Assembly (NCBI GenBank): GCA_963664705.1
Contig: OY761556.1
Coordinates: 6,720,001 to 6,784,000, forward strand
DNA from: Acidobacteriota bacterium
Lineage (GTDB): Bacteria > Acidobacteriota > UBA6911
Length of the DNA: 64,000 bases
Direction: 5' to 3'
Position numbers and translations under genes: made by a program. Under the pieces are notes generated by a model. The model made no database searches. It worked only from the letters and a program-made list of their open reading frames with translations, and was not told the origin of the DNA. Position 1 is the stretch's first letter, and every line of letters starts with the position of its first letter. Shown here one piece after another: positions 21,228-30,562 of this stretch.

Positions 21228-21788
21228 CTACTGAAGGTAGCCGGACCAGAACACGCGCGCGTAGCAGTCGGCGTTCATGAAGAATCCGCGTTCGGTCGTA
21301 TCGTTCTTGGGAGCAAATCCGCTATGGAGGTGCAGTTCCCCTACGGGCTGGGTTGTGCTCAAGTGAAACATGGTGACCGGGCTGAAGAAACCGCCTGCGG
21401 TCTCCTCTATCCAGATCTCGCACGATTCCGGGCCGCTCAGAAAGCGCTCAATCCTCACGTCGGTGATCACTGCATTGCTTGGAATGGTCATGTACCGTTC
21501 ATTCCAATTGGAGGAGAGCGAGATCAGCCCGTCTGCATGGATGAGCGTCGGCGATGTAACCGTCACGCTACCCGACACCTTCTGCACGGCAGGCAGGTTC
21601 GCAACCGTCACGCTTCCGGAGACTGGTTGTACCGCGGGCAGGTTGGTGACGCTCACATTTCCGGTGACCGGGACCGGATTCGCGGCGGTGTTGTCAACGG
21701 TGACTGTCTTGGAATCGGCCGCGAAGGCCATGAAAGCGGTCAAAATCGAAGCCGAGATGACACCAAATACAACCAGTTTCTTCTTCAT
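21228..21788 (-). CDS. secreted protein with 15-aa tandem repeats
   Basis: Signal peptide MKKKLVVFGVISASILTAFMAFAA; repeats VPVTGNVSVTNLPAV / QPVSGSVTVANLPAV / QKVSGSVTV. Confidence 0.7.
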   Translation of the reverse strand: MKKKLVVFGVISASILTAFMAFAADSKTVTVDNTAANPVPVTGNVSVTNLPAVQPVSGSVTVANLPAVQKVSGSVTVTSPTLIHADGLISLSSNWNERYMTIPSNAVITDVRIERFLSGPESCEIWIEETAGGFFSPVTMFHLSTTQPVGELHLHSGFAPKNDTTERGFFMNADCYARVFWSGYLQ

Positions 21789-22001
21789 GTTTTTTTTCTC
21801 TCCCCAAAAGGATTCGGTTTTATTCTTCACTCAAGTGAAAGATGCACCACTCAAAACGCCCCGGCGGATTGCAGTTGGGCCCTGACGTGATCCTCGTCGC
21901 GATACATCCATTGGCGTGTATCAGTGATAGGAGTCCGTGATGCCGCAAGCCAGCAAAAATGCGCATGAGTCTCTGGCACCTTCTAGACTGAGATCAATTT
22001 A

Positions 22002-22017
22002 TGCAAAAGATGTGCCA
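22002..22017 (-). promoter_or_regulatory. sigma-54 (-24/-12) promoter
   Basis: Minus strand TGGCACATCTTTTGCA, upstream of 21228..21788. Confidence 0.7.
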
Positions 22018-22419
22018 TCCTATTCCTCCCCGCTGCAGACATGACTAATTACGGCTAACTATTGATTTTGATGAGACTTATGGATGAGTGCATCGCGAAC
22101 CGCTGGTTGGCTTCATTGTCGGCAATTGAAATAGTGTAAAAACACTTTACTTTGAATTATGAAAGTAAATGTCATATAGGGCGTAACCTATAGAATATAA
22201 TAAAATAGATCTGCTAACGCCGGTGTAGTATTTTTTTTACAAAAAATAGAGTGAATTACCTAATATTCTTTGGGGCTGTGGTGATTAATCGCGCTCCTCA
22301 CTACGCAAGTCAGTTTTGAAGAAGCGGATCCGCTTTTTTGTGATTAGCCTTGGCTGGCGGAGCTATTTGGAGGTAAATAAGGATTCAGCTTTTTGGGGCA
22401 ATAAGGAGCGGCAATCAAA

Positions 22420-22905
22420 ATGGAAATCAAAGTCATTGAGGCGGATTTAGCGCAAACCGAACATCAACAGGCGATTCTGGACCTGCTCGACATGTACGCA
22501 TGCGATCCAATGGGCGATGGCAAGCCGCTGGCCGCCGAGGTGAAACGCAATCTCATTCCCGGTCTGCAACAGCATCCAACAACAATAGTGTTCCTCGCAT
22601 ACCATGCTACGGAGCCGGTCGGCCTTGCCATCTGCTTCCGCGGCTTCTCGACATTTGCGGCCAGACCGCTCATCAACATTCACGATCTGGCAGTTTCACC
22701 CGCTCACAGAGGCCACGGGATCGGGCGCAAACTCCTCGATGCCATTGCGGACAAGGGTCGGACAATCGGCTGCTGCAAGCTTACCCTCGAGGTTCTTGAG
22801 AACAATAGGCGTGCGCGCCAACTGTACGAAGCCACTGGATTTCGACAGGCAACATACCAGCCTGAGGCCGGTGGCGCGCTGTTCATGGCCCTGCTTCTCA
22901 AATGA
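22420..22905 (+). CDS. GNAT family N-acetyltransferase
   Basis: INIHDLAVSPAHRGHGIGRKLL and KLTLEVLENN.RARQLYEATGF motifs. Confidence 0.93.
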   Translation: MEIKVIEADLAQTEHQQAILDLLDMYACDPMGDGKPLAAEVKRNLIPGLQQHPTTIVFLAYHATEPVGLAICFRGFSTFAARPLINIHDLAVSPAHRGHGIGRKLLDAIADKGRTIGCCKLTLEVLENNRRARQLYEATGFRQATYQPEAGGALFMALLLK

Positions 22906-23120
22906 GGCATTTTGAGGCCTATTATTTGTAGGATTTCAGATTTCAGTGCCACCGCTTTCGGCTTTTATGGTTTTCAAAGGCGGTAAGCTGCCGCCTCCAA
23001 GGTTCTCCCTTTGGGCACGCTCAGGCCAGCAGAATGCAGGCGCTTTCATGTTATTCTCTTGTTTATGACGGCTCACAAGCGAATATGCCGGAAATCTTCT
23101 CGCGATCAGGAAGGGAAAAT

Positions 23121-23885
23121 ATGAAACACGGGAAATTATGGTTGGTCTCGATGGCTTTAACGCTCCTTGCAGCATCCTTTGTTTGGGTATTACAGGCCAG
23201 GGCTCAGACTGGAGAAGTCAAAGAGAAGCCCCCGGTATACTCCTACATTGCCGTGTGGAATATTCCCCGCGACCAATGGCAGGCCAGAGAGAGCCAGGCC
23301 GCGGCGGCCCGGAAGATCCTGGATCGGTCTATTTCCGACGGGACCATCGTGGCTTATGGATTCGATGAAAACCCGTTGCACGACACTTTTTGGCTTTCGC
23401 TGTCCAAGGCAGGACTGCAGAACGTGCGTGACCAGTTCCAGAAGGCGGGTATATCTGTTGCTCCCAAGCAGGCCGGAGCCGCAGCTCCACCAGTGAGCAT
23501 TCTTGCCAGCCGTTATTACAACTGGCATACGGGCGTGTGGAAGAATGCCTATGTTCATGTTGGAATATATAAGATGCGCCCAGAGGCTCCGAAGGATGTT
23601 GTCGATATTCTGAGCAAAAACTATTTTGCGCCGCCGCTGGAGAAGATGCTCGCCGACGGATCGATCTTTGAATGGGAAACCGACGTTTATGCTGATCCCC
23701 AAGATTCTCCCGGGACGTTCCTGATTGCCTATCTGTCCGCCACTTCCGATGGTCTGGATAAAGCCAACAACGCCGTGCAGAAGATACTGAAGTCTAATCC
23801 GCCGAAAGGTCCGGCGTTCGATACACTGGTGGATGCAAGTGCGAGCCGTGATGTCGTGGTGCGCTCGTACGCCGCGTACAAGTAG
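23121..23885 (+). CDS. hypothetical secreted protein
   Basis: Signal peptide ending ARAQ; RBS before ATG 23121. Confidence 0.7.
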   Translation: MKHGKLWLVSMALTLLAASFVWVLQARAQTGEVKEKPPVYSYIAVWNIPRDQWQARESQAAAARKILDRSISDGTIVAYGFDENPLHDTFWLSLSKAGLQNVRDQFQKAGISVAPKQAGAAAPPVSILASRYYNWHTGVWKNAYVHVGIYKMRPEAPKDVVDILSKNYFAPPLEKMLADGSIFEWETDVYADPQDSPGTFLIAYLSATSDGLDKANNAVQKILKSNPPKGPAFDTLVDASASRDVVVRSYAAYK

Positions 23886-23913
23886 TTGGCAATTAACAGG
23901 TCTCGGACCGGGG

Positions 23914-24876
23914 TTAGTGGACTTTGAACATCGCAGGGTTGATGTTTCCGTTTTGCATCCATTGCTCTGCCGTCAGACTCCAGTGACCCAGGAACGAGCT
24001 CCCCTGCCCTTCAACGGAGTATTCCAGCATATAGCTGTGCGGCAAAACCAGGCTCCTGGTTTCGTTGCCCGTGGTGTCCTTGAATCGAACTTCCTTAAAG
24101 TTGTCGAACCGCTCGACCAGCCGATAATGGGAATCTCCGATCTGGTCCTGGATGCCTGCGTTTCGGGAGATCGCTACGGAGCCTTGTCCGCTGGCCATCT
24201 TTGCGGCATTGGGAACTCCTCGCGTGACCGTCTGGCCGGCCTGCAATGCCTGCTCCCCTTGCACCACCAGCGTGTATTCCGTTTTCACGTGACGAAACGT
24301 ATCGGGTTCGAAGAACAGTTTAACCTTAATGTTGTTCAACCCGCCCTTGGGGGTGTACTCGAGTTCATGCAGATCCCGCCCGTCTGTTCGGGTGCTGGCA
24401 TATTTAAGAGAGGGGGTTCTTTTCCCGATGTCCAGCAACGGCCAGCCCAGCGACCAGACTCCTCCCAGCAGCCCTTCCCGCATCACTCCCTTGTAGCGAA
24501 AGATAAAGTCGCCCAACGGGGATCGCTGGCCCGGGCTGATGTTGGCTACCTCTACCTCCGTTCCATCGAAGGCGAATTGCTCTCCGGGGTAGTCCAAGCC
24601 ACCGTACTTAAGGATGATGCTCAAATTATTCCCCGCAGTAATCACCATTGAACTGCCGGCCAGATTTCCAACCCCTCCCTGGACAAATTCCATGGAAGAC
24701 TTTCCGCTCATGCCCCGGTTTTTGATTTTTCCTAGGAGACCCGGATCTCCTATGGATTTCAGATGGGCGGCCACGACTTCTTCAGCCGTAAGCCCTTTAT
24801 CCTTGGCAAAGGATTGCGCCATGCCCGACAGAACAAGAGCAAACGCAATGAAGAGGTGGACCACCTTTGTTTTCAT
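23914..24876 (-). CDS. secreted hypothetical protein (possibly LolA/LppX-like fold)
   Basis: Signal peptide; LTAEEVVAAHLKSIG and KLFFEPDTFRHVKTEY motifs. Confidence 0.6.
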   Translation of the reverse strand: MKTKVVHLFIAFALVLSGMAQSFAKDKGLTAEEVVAAHLKSIGDPGLLGKIKNRGMSGKSSMEFVQGGVGNLAGSSMVITAGNNLSIILKYGGLDYPGEQFAFDGTEVEVANISPGQRSPLGDFIFRYKGVMREGLLGGVWSLGWPLLDIGKRTPSLKYASTRTDGRDLHELEYTPKGGLNNIKVKLFFEPDTFRHVKTEYTLVVQGEQALQAGQTVTRGVPNAAKMASGQGSVAISRNAGIQDQIGDSHYRLVERFDNFKEVRFKDTTGNETRSLVLPHSYMLEYSVEGQGSSFLGHWSLTAEQWMQNGNINPAMFKVH

Positions 24877-25134
24877 TGTCATCTCCAACAGTTTGAAACA
24901 ATCCTGGGCGCGCCGCCGTCCCGCCTGATTCCGCATGATAATTATACTGAGCCCTGCGACGCGAGTGAATCGCCAGGCTCTCCGGGGCTGATATGTATTG
25001 CTCAGCGAGGTTCATCGGCGACATGGAAGTGGCCGCGCCCTTGCCGGCGAGACGCCTGACGGGACAGCGGCGCTCCCATTTGCCTCTTTCAGGGGTTGCC
25101 CCCGCCGAACTGATCGACGGGGGCGTTTGCGAAA

Positions 25135-28100
25135 TTAGAAGTCAAAGCGCGCCATTGCCTGGAGCGTGCGCCCTCCGACCTTATAGCTGTACTGCCCGAT
25201 AGGAGTGGTACCATTGACGTTCATGCTGGGAGCGGTCGGGAAGGTTACTCTCGTTCCCGATGAACCCAGGGTGCCGGATGCAAACGGATGATTGAAGACG
25301 TTCGTGATATCCGCGCGCAGCCGGAAGCTTTTGCTTTCACTGATCGCCACCGTTTTCGACAGGGACATATCCACATTCCATCTTACGAGGTTGCGGTAAG
25401 AGTTGTAGCCCATGTTTCCCTGTTTTCCCGGCGTCGGATTCATCAGCACGATGTTTCCGGACTTGCTGTCAACAATCGCCTGCAGCGTACACAGCGACTG
25501 GATGCTGCCGTCGATGCTGTTGCATTGCGGGTCTTTGGTGAACGTATAGCGATTGGCGAAGAGGCTGCCATTCGCGGCTCCGTTCGGCCAGGAGACCGCA
25601 ACGGCTGCGGGATCGATTCCGCCGTTGACGATATCCGGAGTGCAATTGCCATAAAGCCCGCAGAAGCTGTTACTGGTAGTACCTGCGGTGCCGGTAGTCA
25701 GATTCAATGGAGCACCGCTTTGAACCGTGGTGATCCACCCGACCTGCCACCCGCCGATGGTTTTGGCCAGGGCTCCCTTCGACTTCGACCCGATCAGCCG
25801 GTTCGGGCCGAATGGCAGATCAAAGGTACCGTAGGTTACCCAATTGTGCGGGCGATCCGAATCCAACAAGACATACCCGGTTCTCAAATTACGGGGATCC
25901 GGGCTGAGACCGCCGCTGTTCCCCATGTTCTTGGACCAGGTATAGGTTGTCTGGAAGTATATTCCGTGAGTCGGCCTGAGAGTGACCTGACCCTGGAATG
26001 AGTGATAGTTGGAATAGCCCTGGTTTTCATATAGCGTAGCCGTGGCAAACTGTGGGCTTGCTTTGATGAAGTTGACCGGGAATCCATTATCCTCGATGTA
26101 CTTGCCCCTGGGATCGCCGGCAATCGACGACCTTGTATATACATTCAACGCATTGGCCAGCCCCTGGTAGTTGCCTTGAGCCAGCATGAGATTCAGGTTG
26201 GTATACGCACCCGATTCCGTGAACGGCAGGTTAAAGGTCGGCCAGGCTGCGCTTCTCAATGCCGCCCCGCCTTTGCATGTTGAGCCGTTAACCGTGCAGC
26301 CGCCAAATGGATTCAGGTTCAACCCGTTCAGAAGCTGATCCAGCAATACCGGATCCTCACCCCGTCTGGCCGCGTTGAAGGCCTCAAGCAATCCATTGGT
26401 CAGGAAGTTGGGCACATTGATGTTTTTCGAGCTGAAATTGTGCCGCGTCAAAGTACCGATATACCGTAGGTCCACCGTAAGGTTCGAAGTCACGTTGCGT
26501 GTGACCGCGAAGGTCAGGTTCTGGACGTACGGATATTTGTAATCCGGCGCGTATGCAGTGACGCCCTGCTGTCTATCGTAAAGAGTAAATGTTGTAAGAC
26601 CGGGCGAAACCGGCGTTGAAAGGGGAACTCCGTTGGAGAACAAAGAGTTTGTCTTGAGGTCTTTGATCCCGAAGTAATCATTCGACGCCCATGTGCCGCC
26701 GTTGTTCCAGGTGTTGAAATAGTTGAAGCCCGGGCTCTGACCGGCCGCGCTCTGGATATTGCCGAAATTGCCCGACATGGAGATGTAGCTGATCTGATAC
26801 CCTCCACGGACAGTCGTCTTGCCTTTGCCCAGCCATGGGAGTTCATAGGCAAATCCGACCGCCGGACCAATGTTTTTCCAGTTCTTTGGATAGAGATATT
26901 CGCCGGGATTCTGTCCGGATGGGCCAATGGAACTCAGCGATACCAGGTTTCCAGTAGCGGTGTCACCCTTTTTGATGGGTGTGAACCAATGGTCATAGCC
27001 GCCGCTCGATCCGAAGATGGAACCGCCGCCGCCTTTAAGCCCTACCGTCATCCCGTTGCCGAGGTACGGCACGCCAAAGTAATCCCAACGTATGCCGAGA
27101 TTGAGCGTCAGATCCGGACGGATCTTCCAGTCATCCTTCACGAAGAACGAGAGTTCTTTCATGATGGTGTTGCGCACCATGTAAGGTTCTTTCTGCGGAT
27201 CGTTCCAGGCGGAGGCGTTGATGGTGTTGACATAGCGCACCTGCTTTACCGAAGCCAGAGATCCCGACATGAAGACCAGCAGATCCCTCATCGCCCGCTT
27301 GTTGCCCGAACTGGCGCTGGAGCCGGCAATCGTTCCGGTTACGTTGTCGAAGCTCTGCGGCGTAAGATTTCCCACCTCTCCTCCCTGGTACTCCGGGAAG
27401 CTATCCCCCCAGGAAAACGACGGGCTTATCAGCCAGGCCGCCTTGCTCTCAGAGGAATTGCGACGGAACTCTCCGCCAAACCTTAGTGAATGGGTACCCT
27501 TCACCCAACTGACCGTATCGCCCCAAGACCACCGGGGGCTGCTGTCGATCATGTCGCCGATGGCCCAGAAACCGCGGCTGCCGTAAGGAGTGCTGAGGTT
27601 GGCAGAACCATCGGTTCTGAACGAGCCGGTCAGTCCCATCCCGGGCTCTATGACTCCCACTTCTCCATTGGCCAGCGTGCCGAATTGCGCTAGATATTTC
27701 TTGAGGCCATCGCCGTTGGAAGGTCTCGTCGCCGGCGATAAAACGTTGCTGCCGGTTCGGGACATTCCGAACTTGAATTCATTGAGAAGAGTCGGACGGA
27801 AGTTTGAAAGGAAATTGATGGTTAGAACTTGCGGTTGACGGTTGCCGCCGCCGGACCAGGAGTTTTCGGGCCATGTTTTGAGAGTGTCATCGGCATGGTC
27901 CTTTTCAAAGCTCCAGGATCCGTTGACGCGATGCATCTGGTTGAAATTGTGGTCAATTCGAACGTTGACCTGCTTGCGGTAGGTGTCTTCTCCGACGCCA
28001 TACAGGTTGTCGGCTCCTTCCGCGGTGCGGGTCCAGCGATAGCCTGCTGTGTTCAAGCCGTCGCCAACATCATAATTGTTCGCTGCCGGCAGCTTCTGCA

Positions 28101-29370
28101 AAAAGTCGGCAATGAACCCGGACGGATCCATTGTCTTGCGAACCGGATCCCAGGTCCCGGAAATCTGCGCATTGGAACAATCGGCGGTTAGAGAACCCAG
28201 ATTGGCGATCGTTCCAAATATGCTGGCATAGCGCAATTGGCCTGTGTAGGGTGTGGTTCCCCAGGCATTGGGCTCCCATTGCGGCTTGACAGGATTTCCT
28301 GATCTGTCGACGGAAGCGATGACCGGATCTGCGCCACCGGCCGCCGAAGTCGTTGATGCGACTAGGTCATTCCCGTTATTCCAGCGGTCCCAGAAACGGA
28401 AGATCCCTTTCCGGGCGCAGGGTGTCAGAGACATCGCTGTGTACGGTTCGCGTCTTTTGGCGACCTGGCCATCAACGAGAACAAAGAAAAAGGTTTTGTT
28501 CTTGATGATGGGTCCGCCGACGCTTCCCGATAACTCGTGCAGATTTCTCCACGGGGGTATAGCGCTGGTGCGGTTGTTATCCCAGGTGTTGGGATCCAAC
28601 GCCGTGTTTTGAACGTTCCACACCGCATTCCCATGATACAGGTTGCCGCCCGCTTTTGTTGCAATCTGGACCTGCGCATTGCCGCGCCCGACTTCAGCAT
28701 CCACCGGCGATAACACCAGGCGGAATTCTCCAACCAGGTCCGGGTTGAGTCGCGTTGCGGCATTGATGCCGGTTGGATGCCGCACATCGTTGACCGTGAC
28801 TCCATCCCGCTGTACATTCACAGCGGAGGCACTGACACCGGCAAACGTTGTGTTATTGGCGCCAAAGATCGGATCGTCCGAGACGACCACTCCGGACATG
28901 ACTTTGATCAGATCCAACGCATTTCTGTTGACCAGAGGAAGCTCCTGAACAGTCTGGGCGGGAAGTACATCCCCGACCGAGGAACTTGCTTCCAGAAGCA
29001 GTTGTTCGCCCGACCCCGTGACTTCGACGCTGGTTGCCACGCCGCCTATTTCCAGTTGGAAGTTCAATCGGGCCTGTTGTCCGACTGCAAGAGGCACTTT
29101 TGTAAATACCCTGGCCTGGAAACCTTTCTGCTCAGCCTTTACTGTGTAGGCGCCCCACTGCAACTTAATAAAATTGTATACGCCCGACGAGTTGGTAGCC
29201 GCGGTCGATACAACTCCTGTGCCTTCGTTCGTTGCCGTGACCTTTGCCCCCTGGATCAAGCCTCCCGAAGCATCGGTAACGGTTCCGCTCAGCGATGCGT
29301 CCTGCCCAAAAGCCGGCATAGCCAGAAAAAGTCCTAGCAGCGCTAATGCTACAACGGTTAACCTTCTCAT
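25135..29370 (-). CDS. Oar-like TonB-dependent receptor with N-terminal carboxypeptidase-regulatory domain
   Basis: SLSGTVTDASG, LPLVNRN, FFVKDDWKIRPDLTLNLGIRWDY and C-terminal GRTLQAMARFDF. Confidence 0.92.
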   Translation of the reverse strand: MRRLTVVALALLGLFLAMPAFGQDASLSGTVTDASGGLIQGAKVTATNEGTGVVSTAATNSSGVYNFIKLQWGAYTVKAEQKGFQARVFTKVPLAVGQQARLNFQLEIGGVATSVEVTGSGEQLLLEASSSVGDVLPAQTVQELPLVNRNALDLIKVMSGVVVSDDPIFGANNTTFAGVSASAVNVQRDGVTVNDVRHPTGINAATRLNPDLVGEFRLVLSPVDAEVGRGNAQVQIATKAGGNLYHGNAVWNVQNTALDPNTWDNNRTSAIPPWRNLHELSGSVGGPIIKNKTFFFVLVDGQVAKRREPYTAMSLTPCARKGIFRFWDRWNNGNDLVASTTSAAGGADPVIASVDRSGNPVKPQWEPNAWGTTPYTGQLRYASIFGTIANLGSLTADCSNAQISGTWDPVRKTMDPSGFIADFLQKLPAANNYDVGDGLNTAGYRWTRTAEGADNLYGVGEDTYRKQVNVRIDHNFNQMHRVNGSWSFEKDHADDTLKTWPENSWSGGGNRQPQVLTINFLSNFRPTLLNEFKFGMSRTGSNVLSPATRPSNGDGLKKYLAQFGTLANGEVGVIEPGMGLTGSFRTDGSANLSTPYGSRGFWAIGDMIDSSPRWSWGDTVSWVKGTHSLRFGGEFRRNSSESKAAWLISPSFSWGDSFPEYQGGEVGNLTPQSFDNVTGTIAGSSASSGNKRAMRDLLVFMSGSLASVKQVRYVNTINASAWNDPQKEPYMVRNTIMKELSFFVKDDWKIRPDLTLNLGIRWDYFGVPYLGNGMTVGLKGGGGSIFGSSGGYDHWFTPIKKGDTATGNLVSLSSIGPSGQNPGEYLYPKNWKNIGPAVGFAYELPWLGKGKTTVRGGYQISYISMSGNFGNIQSAAGQSPGFNYFNTWNNGGTWASNDYFGIKDLKTNSLFSNGVPLSTPVSPGLTTFTLYDRQQGVTAYAPDYKYPYVQNLTFAVTRNVTSNLTVDLRYIGTLTRHNFSSKNINVPNFLTNGLLEAFNAARRGEDPVLLDQLLNGLNLNPFGGCTVNGSTCKGGAALRSAAWPTFNLPFTESGAYTNLNLMLAQGNYQGLANALNVYTRSSIAGDPRGKYIEDNGFPVNFIKASPQFATATLYENQGYSNYHSFQGQVTLRPTHGIYFQTTYTWSKNMGNSGGLSPDPRNLRTGYVLLDSDRPHNWVTYGTFDLPFGPNRLIGSKSKGALAKTIGGWQVGWITTVQSGAPLNLTTGTAGTTSNSFCGLYGNCTPDIVNGGIDPAAVAVSWPNGAANGSLFANRYTFTKDPQCNSIDGSIQSLCTLQAIVDSKSGNIVLMNPTPGKQGNMGYNSYRNLVRWNVDMSLSKTVAISESKSFRLRADITNVFNHPFASGTLGSSGTRVTFPTAPSMNVNGTTPIGQYSYKVGGRTLQAMARFDF

Positions 29371-29811
29371 AGATGCTTGCCTCTCCTTTTGTGTGTCGTT
29401 TTGGTATCGCACTCTGAAGCGCAACATCGGAATCCGTATGGAATTTTCCCGTTAGAAGAAATAAGCATTCTTCCTTGCAAAGTCAGGATTGCTGAGTTTG
29501 AAGCGAAGGCCGGATAGGGTGATTATTGATGAGGATAGATAGACGATCGCTATCCTAGCGTGGGTGCAACGCACCTTGCTCGAGGTCCGGTGGTTTTGAA
29601 AACTCAGATAACAGACATGAACCTTAAGCTTCGGCGATTACACACCGGCTAAATCACGTCAATCCAGTCGCAAACTCACCTATGGCGCCAGACTAAACGT
29701 TTTTTGAGGGAGGGTCAATCAATATTCTGAATGTGGGGATGGCGAAGACGTCCCACTCGCCGCCCTGTTTTTGCAATGCGCAGAACAGGTGAACGAGCGG
29801 GACGTCCCCGG

Positions 29812-30561
29812 TTAGGTCAACTTGTCCGGTCCGGCCGGATCTTCTGGATATCGCAGCGAAAACTGAGGAATAGAAATCGGCGAGGCATAGGATCTTCCGG
29901 GTCTATAGTCGGTTTGCGACAATACCCGGTATTCGAGCCTTTGAATCTTCCAACTCCCGTCCCTGGTGTCCTTGACATAAGACATTTCGCAGATTCCATC
30001 TTCGCACCATTTCATGATTCCTTCGCCATGCAGCCGCGCCATTTGTACCAATTGCGATTCCAAGGGCATGGGCGTTCCAACCTGCATGGTGTAGGGGAAT
30101 CGAGCGATCGCCGATAGACGATCCTTCGCGACCTCGATGATTTCCGATCGCAGTTCGGCGTCTGCCTGGATGCCGGGGACCGGTCCAAGCTTCTTTCCGG
30201 CTGATCCTGAGCGGAAGCCCCCGCAATAAAGCCGGGCGATCCCGCCTTTTCTGCCTTCAAAAATTCCGCCGTTGAACACGACGGTTCCGTTGTCAGCAAA
30301 CAGATCGACGACCTGTTCGTACTGCCCGCCATCAAGACAGGTCTCATAGGTCTGCTGAAGTTTGCGGATCGAGTTTTCGTCCTCCAGTATTCCAAGTCGT
30401 CGGGATAGACGATCCTTTTCGCTATCCGAACCGGAATCCACCCTGCCTTTGGACATGCCCGGGACAGCGGCTGCCAGGGCAGCGGACATGGCGGTACCCA
30501 TTTTCCACATGAACGAGCGGCGTCCTGTCATCGGCTTATTCGGAGATTTCAAGACATTCAT
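29812..30561 (-). CDS. Tat-exported NTF2/SnoaL-like protein
   Basis: GRRSFMW twin-arginine leader; LEDENSIRKLQQTYETCLD..VVDLFAD and WKIQRL motifs. Confidence 0.75.
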   Translation of the reverse strand: MNVLKSPNKPMTGRRSFMWKMGTAMSAALAAAVPGMSKGRVDSGSDSEKDRLSRRLGILEDENSIRKLQQTYETCLDGGQYEQVVDLFADNGTVVFNGGIFEGRKGGIARLYCGGFRSGSAGKKLGPVPGIQADAELRSEIIEVAKDRLSAIARFPYTMQVGTPMPLESQLVQMARLHGEGIMKWCEDGICEMSYVKDTRDGSWKIQRLEYRVLSQTDYRPGRSYASPISIPQFSLRYPEDPAGPDKLT

Positions 30562-30562
30562 C

